Shown here: positions 38,249-47,948 of the stretch, piece after piece
Position numbering within the stretch: the stretch's first letter is position 1
Layout of the letters: every line of letters begins with the position of its first letter
Assembly (NCBI GenBank): GCA_903923465.1
Contig: CAIXXP010000004.1
Coordinates: 140 to 64,139, forward strand
Length of the DNA: 64,000 bases
Source of the DNA: an uncultured Sphingomonadales bacterium
GTDB lineage: Bacteria; Pseudomonadota; Alphaproteobacteria; Sphingomonadales; Sphingomonadaceae
Reading direction: 5' to 3'
The notes under the pieces: model-generated
Databases searched by the model: none
Told to the model about the DNA's origin: nothing
Seen by the model: only the letters and a program-made list of their open reading frames with translations
Position numbers and translations under genes: made by a program

Positions 38249-38932
38249 ATGCGCGAGATTATTTTCGATACGGAAACCACCGGCCTTGATCCGAAAGGCG
38301 GCGATCGGCTGGTGGAAATCGGCTGTATCGAGATGGTCAACCGGGTAGAAACCGGCCGCACCTTTCACGCCTATTTCAATCCTGAACGCAGCATGCCGGC
38401 CGCGGCGGAGGCGGTGCATGGCCTGTCTGACGCATTTCTGGCCGACAAGCCGCTGTTTGCTGAACGGGCAGGCGAATTCCTCGAATTCATCGGCGATTCG
38501 CCCTTGGTCGCGCATAATGCCGGCTTCGATTTCGGCTTCGTCAACGCCGAGCTGGCGCGCATCGGCATGGCGCCGCTCGACAAGGGGCGGATGATCGACA
38601 CGGTGGCGCTGGCCCGTGTGCGGCATCCGGGGGCAAAGCTCAGCCTGGACGCGCTGTGCTCGCGCTATGGCATCGATCGCAGCCACCGCACGCGCCACGG
38701 GGCACTGCTCGATTCCGAACTGTTGGCGCAGGTTTATGTCGAGCTGACCGGCGGGCGCCAGATCGGGCTGGAACTGGCCGCAGAGGTGCGCGAGGAACTG
38801 GTGGTGGTCGTCACCGAAACCCGCATCAGCCGCCCGCGCCGCGCCCCCCGCCCCCATGCCGCCAGCGAGGCCGAGCTCATCGCGCATGCCGTGTTTCTCG
38901 AATCCGTCAAATCCCCTCTCTGGCGCACATAG
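38249..38932 (+). CDS. dnaQ: DNA polymerase III epsilon subunit
   Basis: [26 protein letters not shown]. Confidence 0.96.
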   Translation: MREIIFDTETTGLDPKGGDRLVEIGCIEMVNRVETGRTFHAYFNPERSMPAAAEAVHGLSDAFLADKPLFAERAGEFLEFIGDSPLVAHNAGFDFGFVNAELARIGMAPLDKGRMIDTVALARVRHPGAKLSLDALCSRYGIDRSHRTRHGALLDSELLAQVYVELTGGRQIGLELAAEVREELVVVVTETRISRPRRAPRPHAASEAELIAHAVFLESVKSPLWRT

Positions 38933-39007
38933 CCGGATGGGGTTTGGCGTAACCTGCGGGCCCGCGCCCTTTTCGATTTAGCGGCCCGCCCATTCAGGAG
39001 TGAAAAT

Positions 39008-39577
39008 ATGGACATTCGCGTTTCTGGCCATCAGATCGAAACTGGTGATGCGCTGCGGGTCCACGCCGAGGAACGGTTAGCCGGGACGGTCGGCAAATAT
39101 TTCAGCCGGGCGATTTCATCGGTGGTAACGGTGGGCAAGGCCCCCGGCGGCGCGTTTCGCTGCGACATCGTCACCCATGTGCGCCAGGGCCTCATCCTGA
39201 AGGGCGCCGGCATTGCCCATGATGCGCACCACGCGCTGGATGCGGCCGCCGAGAAGATCGACACCCAGTTGCGCCGCTACAAGCGCCGGCTGCACGACCA
39301 CCACGAGGCCGCGACGCAGGCCGCCCGCGCCGACGAAGCCGCCTATACCATCTTCATCGAACCTTCGGCCGATCAGGAAGAAATCACCACGGTGGATGCG
39401 CCGCTGGTCATCGCCGAAATGCGCGTCGATGTGCCCGAGGCGACGGTTTCCGACGCGGTGATGATGCTCGACCTGCGCAACACCAACGCGCTGATGTTCA
39501 AAAACGCTGGAACCGGAACCTATAATATGGTTTACCGGCGGGGTGATGGTTCAATCGGCTGGGTCGAACCGTCCTGA
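39008..39577 (+). CDS. hpf: Ribosome hibernation factor (long HPF/RaiA)
   Basis: MDIRVSGHQI, KIDTQLRRYKRRL, NMVYRRGDGSIGWVEP. Confidence 0.93.
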   Translation: MDIRVSGHQIETGDALRVHAEERLAGTVGKYFSRAISSVVTVGKAPGGAFRCDIVTHVRQGLILKGAGIAHDAHHALDAAAEKIDTQLRRYKRRLHDHHEAATQAARADEAAYTIFIEPSADQEEITTVDAPLVIAEMRVDVPEATVSDAVMMLDLRNTNALMFKNAGTGTYNMVYRRGDGSIGWVEPS

Positions 39578-39827
39578 CCCTACGCGTTTGCGCTGGCCTG
39601 GATTGATGCATGGTGCGGCAGATGGACGAGATGGCAGGGCGATGGGCACTCGGAAATTTGCCCGGGCTGCCCCGCGCGGTGATTGCACAATCCGGCCCAT
39701 CGTCCTATCTGCTGCCCCTATCGAAGCCGGGTTGGCGCGCGCTAATCCAGTGCAATCCGCGCAAGGCGTGGCGGGCGACATCCCGCCCGCCGGCCCTGCG
39801 GAGACAAAGGCGATCCGAAGTTCTGAA

Positions 39828-40289
39828 ATGACAGCGCTGTTTACGCTACATCCCGACGCCGTCGGCACCATTCGTGCCGAGAGCAAGGTGGAAATCCTTA
39901 GCCAGCTCGCCCAGCGGTTCGCGAAAGTGTACGCGCTGGAGGCGGGGCTGATCCGCGACCGCATCGAGGAACGCGAAAGGCTGGGCAGCACCGGTTTTGG
40001 CCGGGGCGTGGCCATTCCCCATGCGCGCATTCCCGACATCGCCCGGCCGGTGGCCGTGTTCCTGCGGCTGGAATCGCCGGTTTCCTTTGATTCCGCCGAC
40101 GAAATGCCGGTGGACCTGGTTTTTGGCCTGCTTTCGCCCGAGCAGGCGGGCGCCGCGCATCTGCACGCGCTGGCGGCCATCTCGCGGATGATGCGCGATG
40201 AGGCGATGCATGCCGCGCTGACCCAGGCCCCTGGCGATGAGGCCCTCTATGGCCTCCTGTCCAATGGTATCGACCGTAACGCCGCCTGA
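39828..40289 (+). CDS. ptsN: PTS IIA-Ntr nitrogen regulatory protein
   Basis: ERERLGSTGFGRGVAIPHAR, PVDLVFGLLSP. Confidence 0.92.
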   Translation: MTALFTLHPDAVGTIRAESKVEILSQLAQRFAKVYALEAGLIRDRIEERERLGSTGFGRGVAIPHARIPDIARPVAVFLRLESPVSFDSADEMPVDLVFGLLSPEQAGAAHLHALAAISRMMRDEAMHAALTQAPGDEALYGLLSNGIDRNAA

Positions 40290-40782
40290 GGCGCCTGACG
40301 TGGCCGGAGCGCCATCCGCCGGCGCGCGGATGCACTGGCAGGCGCTGGAGAGCCTCTATGCCGCCGCGCCGATCAACGCGCTGTTTCGCTCCTCGCTGAG
40401 CGTGACGGGCGAGGGGGCGGCGCGGATCTCCTTCCTCGTGGATTCAACCTATCACCATGCGGCGGGAGCGGCCCATGGCACCATCTATTTCAAGATGCTC
40501 GACGATGCCGCGTTTTACGCCGCCAACACGCTGGTAACCGACCGGTTCCTGCTGACCACCTCGTTCAACCTGCACTTCACCCATCCGGTGAAGGCGGGGC
40601 CCGTGGTGGCCGAGGGGCGCTGGATCAGCGGCCGGCGCCGGGTGCTGGTGGCCGAGTCGCGGCTGGTGGATGCCGATGGCGAGGAGATCGGGCGCGGGAC
40701 GGGCACCTTCATGCGCTCGCGAATCGCGCTGTCCAGCCTGGATGGCTATGCCCGTGGGCTGGTGCGCGACGCGGCTTCGTGA
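40264..40782 (+). CDS. PaaI-family thioesterase
   Basis: HAAGAAHGTIYFKMLDDAAFYA; start uncertain. Confidence 0.82.
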   Translation: MVSTVTPPEAPDVAGAPSAGARMHWQALESLYAAAPINALFRSSLSVTGEGAARISFLVDSTYHHAAGAAHGTIYFKMLDDAAFYAANTLVTDRFLLTTSFNLHFTHPVKAGPVVAEGRWISGRRRVLVAESRLVDADGEEIGRGTGTFMRSRIALSSLDGYARGLVRDAAS

Positions 40783-40795
40783 CGACGAGGGGCTG

Positions 40796-41140
40796 ATGGC
40801 GCGATTGCCGGCCAAGCTGGAGGCAACGGCCCTGATGCGGCAGGTGCAGGCCGAGGGCGGCTTTGCCTGCGTTATCGCGCGCGGGGAGCCCGATGCCGGC
40901 ACGCTGCTGGTGGTGCTGTGCCACAACGGTGGGGCGGGGGGCGCCAATGCCCGGGCCTATGAGCGCATGCCTCTGCCCGATGGCACCCGCCGATGGCAAC
41001 TGACCCGCCAGGCCGATTCGGCCAACCCCGAATCCTTTGCCGATTATCTGGCACGGCGCGCCGGGCAGGACCGCGACCTGTGGATTATTGAACTGGATAT
41101 CGCAGGTGGAGAACGGTTCATCGGATTGACCGCAGGGTAG
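40796..41140 (+). CDS. DUF1491-like protein
   Basis: GGFACVIARGEPDAG, YLARRAGQDRDLWIIELD. Confidence 0.8.
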   Translation: MARLPAKLEATALMRQVQAEGGFACVIARGEPDAGTLLVVLCHNGGAGGANARAYERMPLPDGTRRWQLTRQADSANPESFADYLARRAGQDRDLWIIELDIAGGERFIGLTAG

Positions 41141-41329
41141 GTTGACTTTTGTGCGTCGCACCATAATGCGACTATCACCTTCTATGCGCAGGCTTTTCGG
41201 TGAGCACATCGGCGAATCGACAAGCACGCAGACGGGGGGTAGCCGGCAGGTTTGCCCACGATGAACCGCTTTCAAGCGATAGTCGTGCCGCCTGCGTCTG
41301 GTGCGCCCACCGCCCAAAACGAACGATGA

Positions 41330-41953
41330 ATGACTCGCATTTTCAGCCGCGTGAGCAATTTCACCATTGCCACCGCCTTTGTAGTTATCCTGTGCGGCAC
41401 CATTGGTTCCGGTGCCGCCGCGCAAAATTCGCAGATTGCCCAGCAGGTGCAGCCCTCGATCGACGTGTTCTCCCCCGCGGATGGCACGAAGACGACTGAA
41501 ACGGGCCCCCAGGTGCAACCCACTGACATCGCCACCCAGGCCGCCACGCTTCAGGATCTCGTCGCGCAGCAGCAGCCGGTCAGCGCCGTCACACCCGAAA
41601 TCAAATGCCTTGCCGGCGCGATCTATTTCGAGGCCCGCAACGAGGTGCCCGAAGGACAACTCGCGGTTGGGCGGGTGATCGTGGCGCGGACCCGTTCCGG
41701 CCGCTTCCCGAAGACCTATTGCGGCGTGGTGTTGCAGCCCTCGCAGTTCTCCTTCGTCCGCCACCATTCGATTCCTTCGGTGGACCGCGATGAGCCGCAG
41801 TGGCAGCAGGCGGTCGCCATCGCGCGCATCGCCGCCGAGGGCAGCTGGCAGAGCCCGGTTGAGGGCGCGCTCTATTTCCATGCCACCCGCGTGGCGCCCA
41901 GCTGGCATCGCCATCGTCTGGCGCAGATCGATAATCAGGTGTTCTATCAGTAA
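41330..41953 (+). CDS. SleB-like cell wall hydrolase
   Basis: Signal peptide; CLAGAIYFEARNE, CGVVLQPSQFS, GALYFHA. Confidence 0.9.
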   Translation: MTRIFSRVSNFTIATAFVVILCGTIGSGAAAQNSQIAQQVQPSIDVFSPADGTKTTETGPQVQPTDIATQAATLQDLVAQQQPVSAVTPEIKCLAGAIYFEARNEVPEGQLAVGRVIVARTRSGRFPKTYCGVVLQPSQFSFVRHHSIPSVDRDEPQWQQAVAIARIAAEGSWQSPVEGALYFHATRVAPSWHRHRLAQIDNQVFYQ

Positions 41954-41960
41954 AGAGGGG

Positions 41961-42143
41961 TAGTCTTGGGGGCGTTACGCCCCCAAACCCCCATTACTGT
42001 ACGGCTTTGCGCTTCCCTTGCCGCGGGGCGCCTTGCCGCGCGGCGGCGATAAAGCCTGCGGCGCGGCGAGGTCAGGCGGCACGGTGACCCCGGCACCACC
42101 TCTCGCCGGAAGACGTTAAGGGGTGCAGGGGCTAGCCCCTGCA
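41961..42143 (+). repeat. Dual-hairpin element, copy 11 (A...B)
   Basis: TTGGGGGCG-tta-CGCCCCCAA (compensatory C-G pair vs T-A in other copies) ... ggggtGCAGGGG-ctag-CCCCTGCA. Confidence 0.94.
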
Positions 42144-42150
42144 TTCTCCC

Positions 42151-42936
42151 CTAACCCGCGTCCGCCGCCCGCAACTGCACCCACATCGGCGCATGATCGC
42201 TGGCCTTTTCCCGGCCGCGATGGTCCTTGTCCACGCCGCAGGCCAGCAGCCGGTCCGCCGCCTCGGGCGAGAGCAGCGCGTGATCGATGCGAAAGCCGTG
42301 GTCGCGTTGCCAGGCGCCCGCCTGATAGTCCCAAAAGGTCCATACACCGCCGGCGGGATAGTGGGTGGCCAGGGCATCCGTCCAGCCATCGGCCAGCAGC
42401 GTCGCATAGGCATCGCGGGATTGCGGCTGCATCAGCGCATCCTCGGCCATGGCGCGCGGGTTCCACACATCGCAGTCGCGCGGAATCACATTGTAATCGC
42501 CGATGACCACGGCGGGAATTTCCAGCGCCATCAGCGCGGCCATATGGCGGCGCAGGCGCGCCATCCACGCCAGCTTGTAATCGAACTTCGGCCCGGGCAG
42601 CGGGTTGCCATTGGGCAGGTAGATGCAGGCGACGCGCAGGCCAAACACATCCACCTCCAGATAGCGCGAGTGGTCGTCCTCCGGGTCGCCGGGCAGGCCG
42701 CGCCGGGTTTCCATCGGCATGGCGCCATCGGCGAGGACGGCCACGCCGTTAAAGCCCTTCTGCCCATGCCACACCGCGCCATAGCCGATCTTCTCGAACT
42801 CCTCGGCGGGAAAACCCTCGTCCTGCGTCTTGATCTCTTGCAGGCAGGCGACGGCCGGGCGGGTTTCCTCCAGCCATTCCAGCAGGCGGGGCAGGCGGGC
42901 CTTGATGCCGTTGATGTTGAAGGAGGCGATTTTCAT
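42151..42936 (-). CDS. xth: Exodeoxyribonuclease III
   Basis: SFNING, CLQEIK, YLPNG, GDYN, RIDH, SDHAP. Confidence 0.96.
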   Translation of the reverse strand: MKIASFNINGIKARLPRLLEWLEETRPAVACLQEIKTQDEGFPAEEFEKIGYGAVWHGQKGFNGVAVLADGAMPMETRRGLPGDPEDDHSRYLEVDVFGLRVACIYLPNGNPLPGPKFDYKLAWMARLRRHMAALMALEIPAVVIGDYNVIPRDCDVWNPRAMAEDALMQPQSRDAYATLLADGWTDALATHYPAGGVWTFWDYQAGAWQRDHGFRIDHALLSPEAADRLLACGVDKDHRGREKASDHAPMWVQLRAADAG

Positions 42937-42970
42937 TTTGGCGGGGATTCCGAAGTGAAAAGGGGAAGAC

Positions 42971-43149
42971 GCAGGGGTGTTACACCCCTGCACCCCATGA
43001 CGTCTCCCGACGAGGGGTTGCGCTCTGGGGCACTCTCACGCCGCATCTCTACTGCCGGAGGCAATAAATGAAAGCGGCTTCGCCGCCGGGCGCGAGGCCG
43101 AGATGATGCGCAACGCCGACAGTATCGGGTGCAGGGGGTAACCCCCTGC
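42971..43149. repeat. Dual-hairpin element, copy 12 (B...B; diverged core)
   Basis: GCAGGGG-tgttaca-CCCCTGC acccc ... gcggcttcgccgc ... gggtGCAGGGGG-taa-CCCCCTGC. Confidence 0.88.
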
Positions 43150-43199
43150 CCGCCGGAGGCCAAACAATGCCCGCCCGAGGCCCTTTACCTCATCCAAAA

Positions 43200-43541
43200 T
43201 CAAATCGCGAAGGAAGCCCCGCACCCACACCCGGCACTGGCCTGCGGGTTTTCCACCTTGAACGCCGCGCCGCCCAGCGACTCGACGTAATCCACCACGC
43301 AGCCGGCCACCAGATCGAGGCTGACGGGGTCGACCACCAGCCGCACCCCGTCGGTTTCCGCCACGGTGTCCTCGGCGTCGGGGGCATCGGCCAGGCCGAA
43401 GCGGTATTGGAAGCCCGAGCAGCCGCCGCCTTCCACCGAGAGGCGCAGGATGGCGGGCTTGGCCTGCTTGGCCGAGATGGCGGCCACGCGCGCGGCGGCC
43501 GACGGGCTGAGCGTGACGGGTTCGGGCGTGAGGGTGGTCAT
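43200..43541 (-). CDS. erpA: A-type Fe-S carrier ErpA
   Basis: GGGCSGFQY, CGCGASF. Confidence 0.88.
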   Translation of the reverse strand: MTTLTPEPVTLSPSAAARVAAISAKQAKPAILRLSVEGGGCSGFQYRFGLADAPDAEDTVAETDGVRLVVDPVSLDLVAGCVVDYVESLGGAAFKVENPQASAGCGCGASFAI

Positions 43542-43599
43542 GAAGCCCAATGTAGGCCTCATGCCTTCCTTCTACAAGTCATCGGCCCGGCGGGCGCGT

Positions 43600-44028
43600 T
43601 CAGGCCATCTGGATATAGGAGCGCAGCGCCTCGGCCTCGTTAGAAATATGGTCGATGCGGTACTTCACCAGATCGCCGATGGAGATGAAGGCGACGAACT
43701 TGCCGCCCTGCATCACCGGCAAATGGCGAATGCGGCGGCGGGTCATCAGGCCCAGCGCCTCCAGCACGCCGGTCTCGGGCGCAACGCTGATGGCCGGCGC
43801 GGTCATCACATCGCCCACCAGCGCATCCAGCATCGCCGGCCCGCGTTCGGCCAACTGGTGGATCACGTCACGCTCGGAGAAGATGCCGGCGACGCCGGTG
43901 CCGTCAAACACCGGCATGGCGCCGATTCGGCGTGTGGCCAGCAGGGCCACCGCGTCGCGGACAGAGGTGGTGGTGGTGGTGCTGAAGACGGTGTCGGCCC
44001 GTCCTTCAATCAGTCGCGCTATGGTCAT
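43600..44028 (-). CDS. CBS-domain pair protein
   Basis: IGAMPV, GIFSERD, RIRHLPV, ISIGDLVK. Confidence 0.9.
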   Translation of the reverse strand: MTIARLIEGRADTVFSTTTTTSVRDAVALLATRRIGAMPVFDGTGVAGIFSERDVIHQLAERGPAMLDALVGDVMTAPAISVAPETGVLEALGLMTRRRIRHLPVMQGGKFVAFISIGDLVKYRIDHISNEAEALRSYIQMA

Positions 44029-44169
44029 GGCAGCTCTCCCGGTCTGCACTTGGGCCGGTGAGTATGACACGATGGCGCGAAAACGCCATAGTTTCCATGC
44101 GTAGAACAACGGGGCCGATGCAATACCCGCATCATTGCCAGAACCGGCCGGCGCGGGCATGGGGAGCCT

Positions 44170-44484
44170 ATGCCCGAACCCCGCCCCGAGACCGATACGC
44201 CGCTGGCCGAAACGGGCACGGCGCTGCTGGCCTGGGCGCGGCTGATGCGGCTGATGCGCCGGCTGATGCTGGGCGTGGTGGCGATGGTGGCGCTGGCGGT
44301 AGTGGCTGTGGCGCGGCACCGGGGCGCGGCGCCGGTGCGTTTCGCGGTGATCGCGGCGCTGGGCATGGGGCTGTTGATGCTGCTGGGCGCCGGGCTGCTG
44401 GGCGCGCTGACCGCGCTGGCGCAGCGGCGGCGCTTGCGAGGGGGCGTGGGCGCCACCCCATCCGAAACTGCCGAAGCGGACTAG
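44170..44484 (+). CDS. Small two-TM membrane protein
   Basis: RBS GGGGAG; two hydrophobic segments. Confidence 0.55.
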   Translation: MPEPRPETDTPLAETGTALLAWARLMRLMRRLMLGVVAMVALAVVAVARHRGAAPVRFAVIAALGMGLLMLLGAGLLGALTALAQRRRLRGGVGATPSETAEAD

Positions 44485-44518
44485 GGCTGCCACCCCTGCC
44501 GCGCGGGCGTTGCAGGCC

Positions 44519-44938
44519 TCAGCCCTCGGCCGGCGGGCGCAGCCGATAGTCCTCCACCGGCACGCCGCCGATCAGGTGCTCCTGAATGATGCGCTCCAGC
44601 ACATCCTCGCGGGCCGAGTGATACCAGACCCCATCGGGCCAGACCACGGCGATGGGCCCGGCAAAGCAGATCTTCAGGCAATCGGCCTTGCTGCGGTGGA
44701 TGCCGGCTTCGGTGAGGCCCAGTTGCTTCACCCGCTTCTTCAGATAGGCCCAGGCGGCGCTGCCCACTTCCGCCGAGCAGCACTCGCCCTTCTGCGGTTC
44801 GGCGCAAAGGAAGATGTGGCGTTGGATGCCGCCGGGGTGGGCGGCCCCGGCCTTGGCCAGAGCCTGTGCCGCACGTGCGATCTCGGCGGCATCGGGCGCG
44901 GTGGCGGGGCGCATGCCGGTTGGGGCGGGGGCGCTCAA
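44519..44938 (-). CDS. Thioredoxin-like [2Fe-2S] ferredoxin
   Basis: HIFLC...CC, KADCLKICFAGPIAVVWPDGVWY; TTGA overlap with popZ assumed. Confidence 0.85.
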   Translation of the reverse strand: MSAPAPTGMRPATAPDAAEIARAAQALAKAGAAHPGGIQRHIFLCAEPQKGECCSAEVGSAAWAYLKKRVKQLGLTEAGIHRSKADCLKICFAGPIAVVWPDGVWYHSAREDVLERIIQEHLIGGVPVEDYRLRPPAEG

Positions 44939-45432
44939 GCGCGCTTGCCGACGATGCGGGCGATTTCGGTGGCGACCAACCGCTCCACCAGCGCGGGCAG
45001 GTTTTTGTCCAGCCATTCGGTCAACGCCGGGCGCAACATTTCGCGCACCATGCCCTCCAGCGAGGTTTCGCCGGAGCGGACGATCTGCGGCTGGGCGCGG
45101 GGCTCGGCCAGCATGGTCAGTGCCGCCAGCGATTCGCGCATGGAATGGCGCGCCTCGGCGGTAATCAGCGACTCGGGCGCGTGGCCATCGTCGGCCGCGG
45201 CGTCGGTCAATCCCTCCAGCAGGGCCAGATCGAGCACATCGTCCTGCCCCCGCGCGCGGCCTTCTGCATCGCCCTGATCGGCGGCATGGGCATTGGCAGC
45301 GTGGGCATCGGCGGCATGGGCATCGGCGGCACGGGCATCGCAGGCGCGGCCGGGCGCACGGTTGTCGCGGGCGATCACCTGCTTGATCGCAACCAGTATT
45401 TCCTCAACCGAAGGTGCGCCCGGCTGCTGCAT
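44935..45432 (-). CDS. popZ: Polar organizing protein PopZ (DUF2497)
   Basis: PSVEEILVAIKQVI, SLEGMVREMLRPALTEWLDKNLP; pcm-tolC-popZ synteny. Confidence 0.9.
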   Translation of the reverse strand: MQQPGAPSVEEILVAIKQVIARDNRAPGRACDARAADAHAADAHAANAHAADQGDAEGRARGQDDVLDLALLEGLTDAAADDGHAPESLITAEARHSMRESLAALTMLAEPRAQPQIVRSGETSLEGMVREMLRPALTEWLDKNLPALVERLVATEIARIVGKRA

Positions 45433-45552
45433 GTCTCATCGCTCCACAACGGGGCGCGAGAATTTCCGCCCCCACCAACGTGCATTCGGGCCCCAAATGG
45501 GCCGAAACTCCGCAAATATGCCTAAGTTGCCCGGCTGAACAGCAGCCGCCGG

Positions 45553-47049
45553 CTATTTTCTGGGAATAGACCCATCCTGCGCCGGGGTGTCAACCGTGCG
45601 GCTGGCGCCGGGCTTCGGCCTGCCATCGCCGTCCCAATCCCAGGCGTCGGCGCGGACATGGGCGTAATGCACCTCGGGGTCGTAAAGCGGGCCGCCATCC
45701 AGCCCCAGATCCTTCGCTCCCGCGCGGCCCATGGCGGCCAGCAGGCTGAAGCCGGCGACATAGCCATTGCGCCGGGCGGTGGCCAATTGCACCTGCGCGT
45801 TCACCAGCTCCTGCTCGGCATTCAGAATGTCGAGGATGGTGCGGTTGCCCACGCTGTTTTCCGCGCGCACGCCTTCCAGGCTCAGGCTGGCGGCGTCCAC
45901 GGCGGTTTGCGTGGAGGCGATGATTTCCTGCGAGGCCTGCCACGAGGAGAAGGCCGCGCGGACTTGCGCGATGACCTGCCGCTCCGTGCCGATCTCGCCA
46001 TCCAGCGCGGCGCCCTCGCGCGCCTCCGCCTGGCGGACCAGCGCCGTGGGGCGCCCGCCCGAATAGAGCGGCAGCGTGGCCCGCACGCCGACATCGGCGG
46101 TGTTGGCGGTTTGCGGCAGCGCGCCATAGCCGGGGAACGGGGGCAGGGAGTTCAGGTAATCGCTGCGCGCGGCATCGGCGAAGACGCTCAGCTTCGGCAG
46201 GCGGGCGGCGCCGGCGGCATTGGTGTCGAACCGGGCGGCATGGCTGCGGGCGCGGGCGGCGGCGAGGTCCGGATTGTGCTCCAGCGCGAAGCCCACCGCA
46301 TCCTCGGCCGTGGCGGGCAGGCCGGGCAGCGGCGGCGGTGTTTCCAGATTGGCGGCGGGCTTGCCGATGATCTGGATATATTGCTCTCGCGCGGCCACCA
46401 GATTGGCCTCGGCCGAGCGCAGGGAACCCTTGGCCAGCGCCAGACGCGACTGCGACTGGGCGACGTCGGTGCGCGTCAGGTCGCCGATCTGGAAGCGGTC
46501 GGTCGTGGCCTGCAGGTTCACGGCCAGCGTCTGCACCTGCGCCTTGTTCAGCCGCACCACCACCTCGTTCAGGATGACGTCGGAATAGGCGGCGACGGCC
46601 GAGGCGAATACCGAGGCCTCGGTGCTGGCAAGGTCGGACTGCCCGGCCTTCACCCGCACCTGCGCGGCCTTCACCGCGTTGCGCACCGCGCCGCCCGAAT
46701 AGACCGGCACATTCAGCGAGGCACCAACACTGAACTCCCGCCCAGGGCTGACGCTGAGCGGGCTGGTGTTCTGCTGAACGAATTCCGTCTCGGAAGCATT
46801 GGCGCTGACCGAGGGCAGGCCATCGGCGCGGGCCAGCGGCACGCCCTCGTCGGTGGCGCGCTGCTGATCGCGGGCTGCGGCCAGGGTGGGGTTGGTATTA
46901 TAGGTGGCGGTAAGGGCCGCGCGCAGATCATCCGCCAAGGCCGGGCTGGCGCAAAAGGCAACGCCCACAGCCAGCAGCCCGGCCATACGCCGCCGGCCCA
47001 CGGCGAAGCCTGCCGCCCGGCCCGCGGCCCTGCCCCCCGGCATGATCAT
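45553..47049 (-). CDS. tolC: TolC-family outer membrane protein
   Basis: Signal peptide, NPTLAAAR, RFQIGDLTRTDVAQ, GNRTILDILNAEQEL. Confidence 0.92.
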   Translation of the reverse strand: MIMPGGRAAGRAAGFAVGRRRMAGLLAVGVAFCASPALADDLRAALTATYNTNPTLAAARDQQRATDEGVPLARADGLPSVSANASETEFVQQNTSPLSVSPGREFSVGASLNVPVYSGGAVRNAVKAAQVRVKAGQSDLASTEASVFASAVAAYSDVILNEVVVRLNKAQVQTLAVNLQATTDRFQIGDLTRTDVAQSQSRLALAKGSLRSAEANLVAAREQYIQIIGKPAANLETPPPLPGLPATAEDAVGFALEHNPDLAAARARSHAARFDTNAAGAARLPKLSVFADAARSDYLNSLPPFPGYGALPQTANTADVGVRATLPLYSGGRPTALVRQAEAREGAALDGEIGTERQVIAQVRAAFSSWQASQEIIASTQTAVDAASLSLEGVRAENSVGNRTILDILNAEQELVNAQVQLATARRNGYVAGFSLLAAMGRAGAKDLGLDGGPLYDPEVHYAHVRADAWDWDGDGRPKPGASRTVDTPAQDGSIPRK

Positions 47050-47051
47050 GC

Positions 47052-47672
47052 TCAGAAGCTCCAGCGCTTGGGCGCGGCGAACTCGGCCAGCACGGGAATG
47101 CCCATTTCCGCCAGCGGCAGCACGGCGACGGCATCGCCAACCCGGCTGGCGGTGGCGAGGCGGGTGATGCCGCGCTCCACCAGCCCGGTCACCAGCCGGC
47201 CATTGTCGGCCAGCGCGGCGGTGAGGCTGGCGGGTAGTTCCTCGGCGGCGCCATCCACGATAATCAGCGAATAGGGGCCAGACCGGGCGGCGGTGGCGAC
47301 GTCGGCGGCGTCCACCACCTCCAGCGAGCCGACCAGCGGGCGCAGCAGCGCGGCGAGATAATCGGAGCCACCACTCACCAGCAGGGCTTTGTCGGTGGGC
47401 ACCGGGGCAGCCTCGGCCAGCATGCGGCCATGCACCAGCGGCGCGGCCAGATAGCGACCATTGCCCAGCGGCACGGCGCGGTCGGTATAGGCACCGGCGC
47501 GGGCGTTCTCGGGCACGAAATCCTCGCGCGGCAGGGCGGCCATCGCGGCCAGCACCCAGGGCTCGTTCACGCCGCTGGTGCGCAACTGGCTGTCGACCAT
47601 GGCGCGGCGCGACTGGACCGAGAAGGCGGCGGCGGGAGACTGGCTGGCAGGTGGCAGGTTGGTGGTGGTCAT
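47052..47672 (-). CDS. pcm: Protein-L-isoaspartate O-methyltransferase-like
   Basis: RRAMVDSQLRT, PREDFVP, GPYSLIIVDGA; upstream of tolC. Confidence 0.82.
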   Translation of the reverse strand: MTTTNLPPASQSPAAAFSVQSRRAMVDSQLRTSGVNEPWVLAAMAALPREDFVPENARAGAYTDRAVPLGNGRYLAAPLVHGRMLAEAAPVPTDKALLVSGGSDYLAALLRPLVGSLEVVDAADVATAARSGPYSLIIVDGAAEELPASLTAALADNGRLVTGLVERGITRLATASRVGDAVAVLPLAEMGIPVLAEFAAPKRWSF

Positions 47673-47684
47673 CTTGCTTCCCTG

Positions 47685-47746
47685 AAGGTTCTGGCCTGAA
47701 GGATATTGGCCCAAAAGGATATTGGCCCAAAAGGATATTGGGCCAA
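47685..47746. repeat. 16-bp tandem repeat x3 plus degenerate unit
   Basis: aaggatattggcccaa at 47699, 47715 and (1 mismatch) 47731; aaggttctggcctg at 47685. Confidence 0.9.
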
Positions 47747-47948
47747 CAGACTCCGGCCGGAAAACTGGCTGCCAATGCCTATTGCAAATGCGAGGGCACC
47801 GCGCAATCGCCAAGGCCGCGCTGGCGAACATCCGGGCGCCACAGTTCTTCATTGGCAGGCCACAAACCACTTTGACGCGCCGCCACCGCCGTGCCTATGG
47901 GGAAAATCGACGAGTCCACACCCCAGCCCAACCTAAAGGAGCGCGCAC

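Noticed and set aside
39543-39827. Extended N-terminus of PtsN
   Set aside because: No homology-like content; the ATG at 39828 gives the normal length.
41142-41167. Sigma70 promoter TTGACT...CATAAT
   Set aside because: Spacer is only 14 bp.
47685-47746. CRISPR array
   Set aside because: Units are contiguous 16-mers with no spacers; no cas genes.
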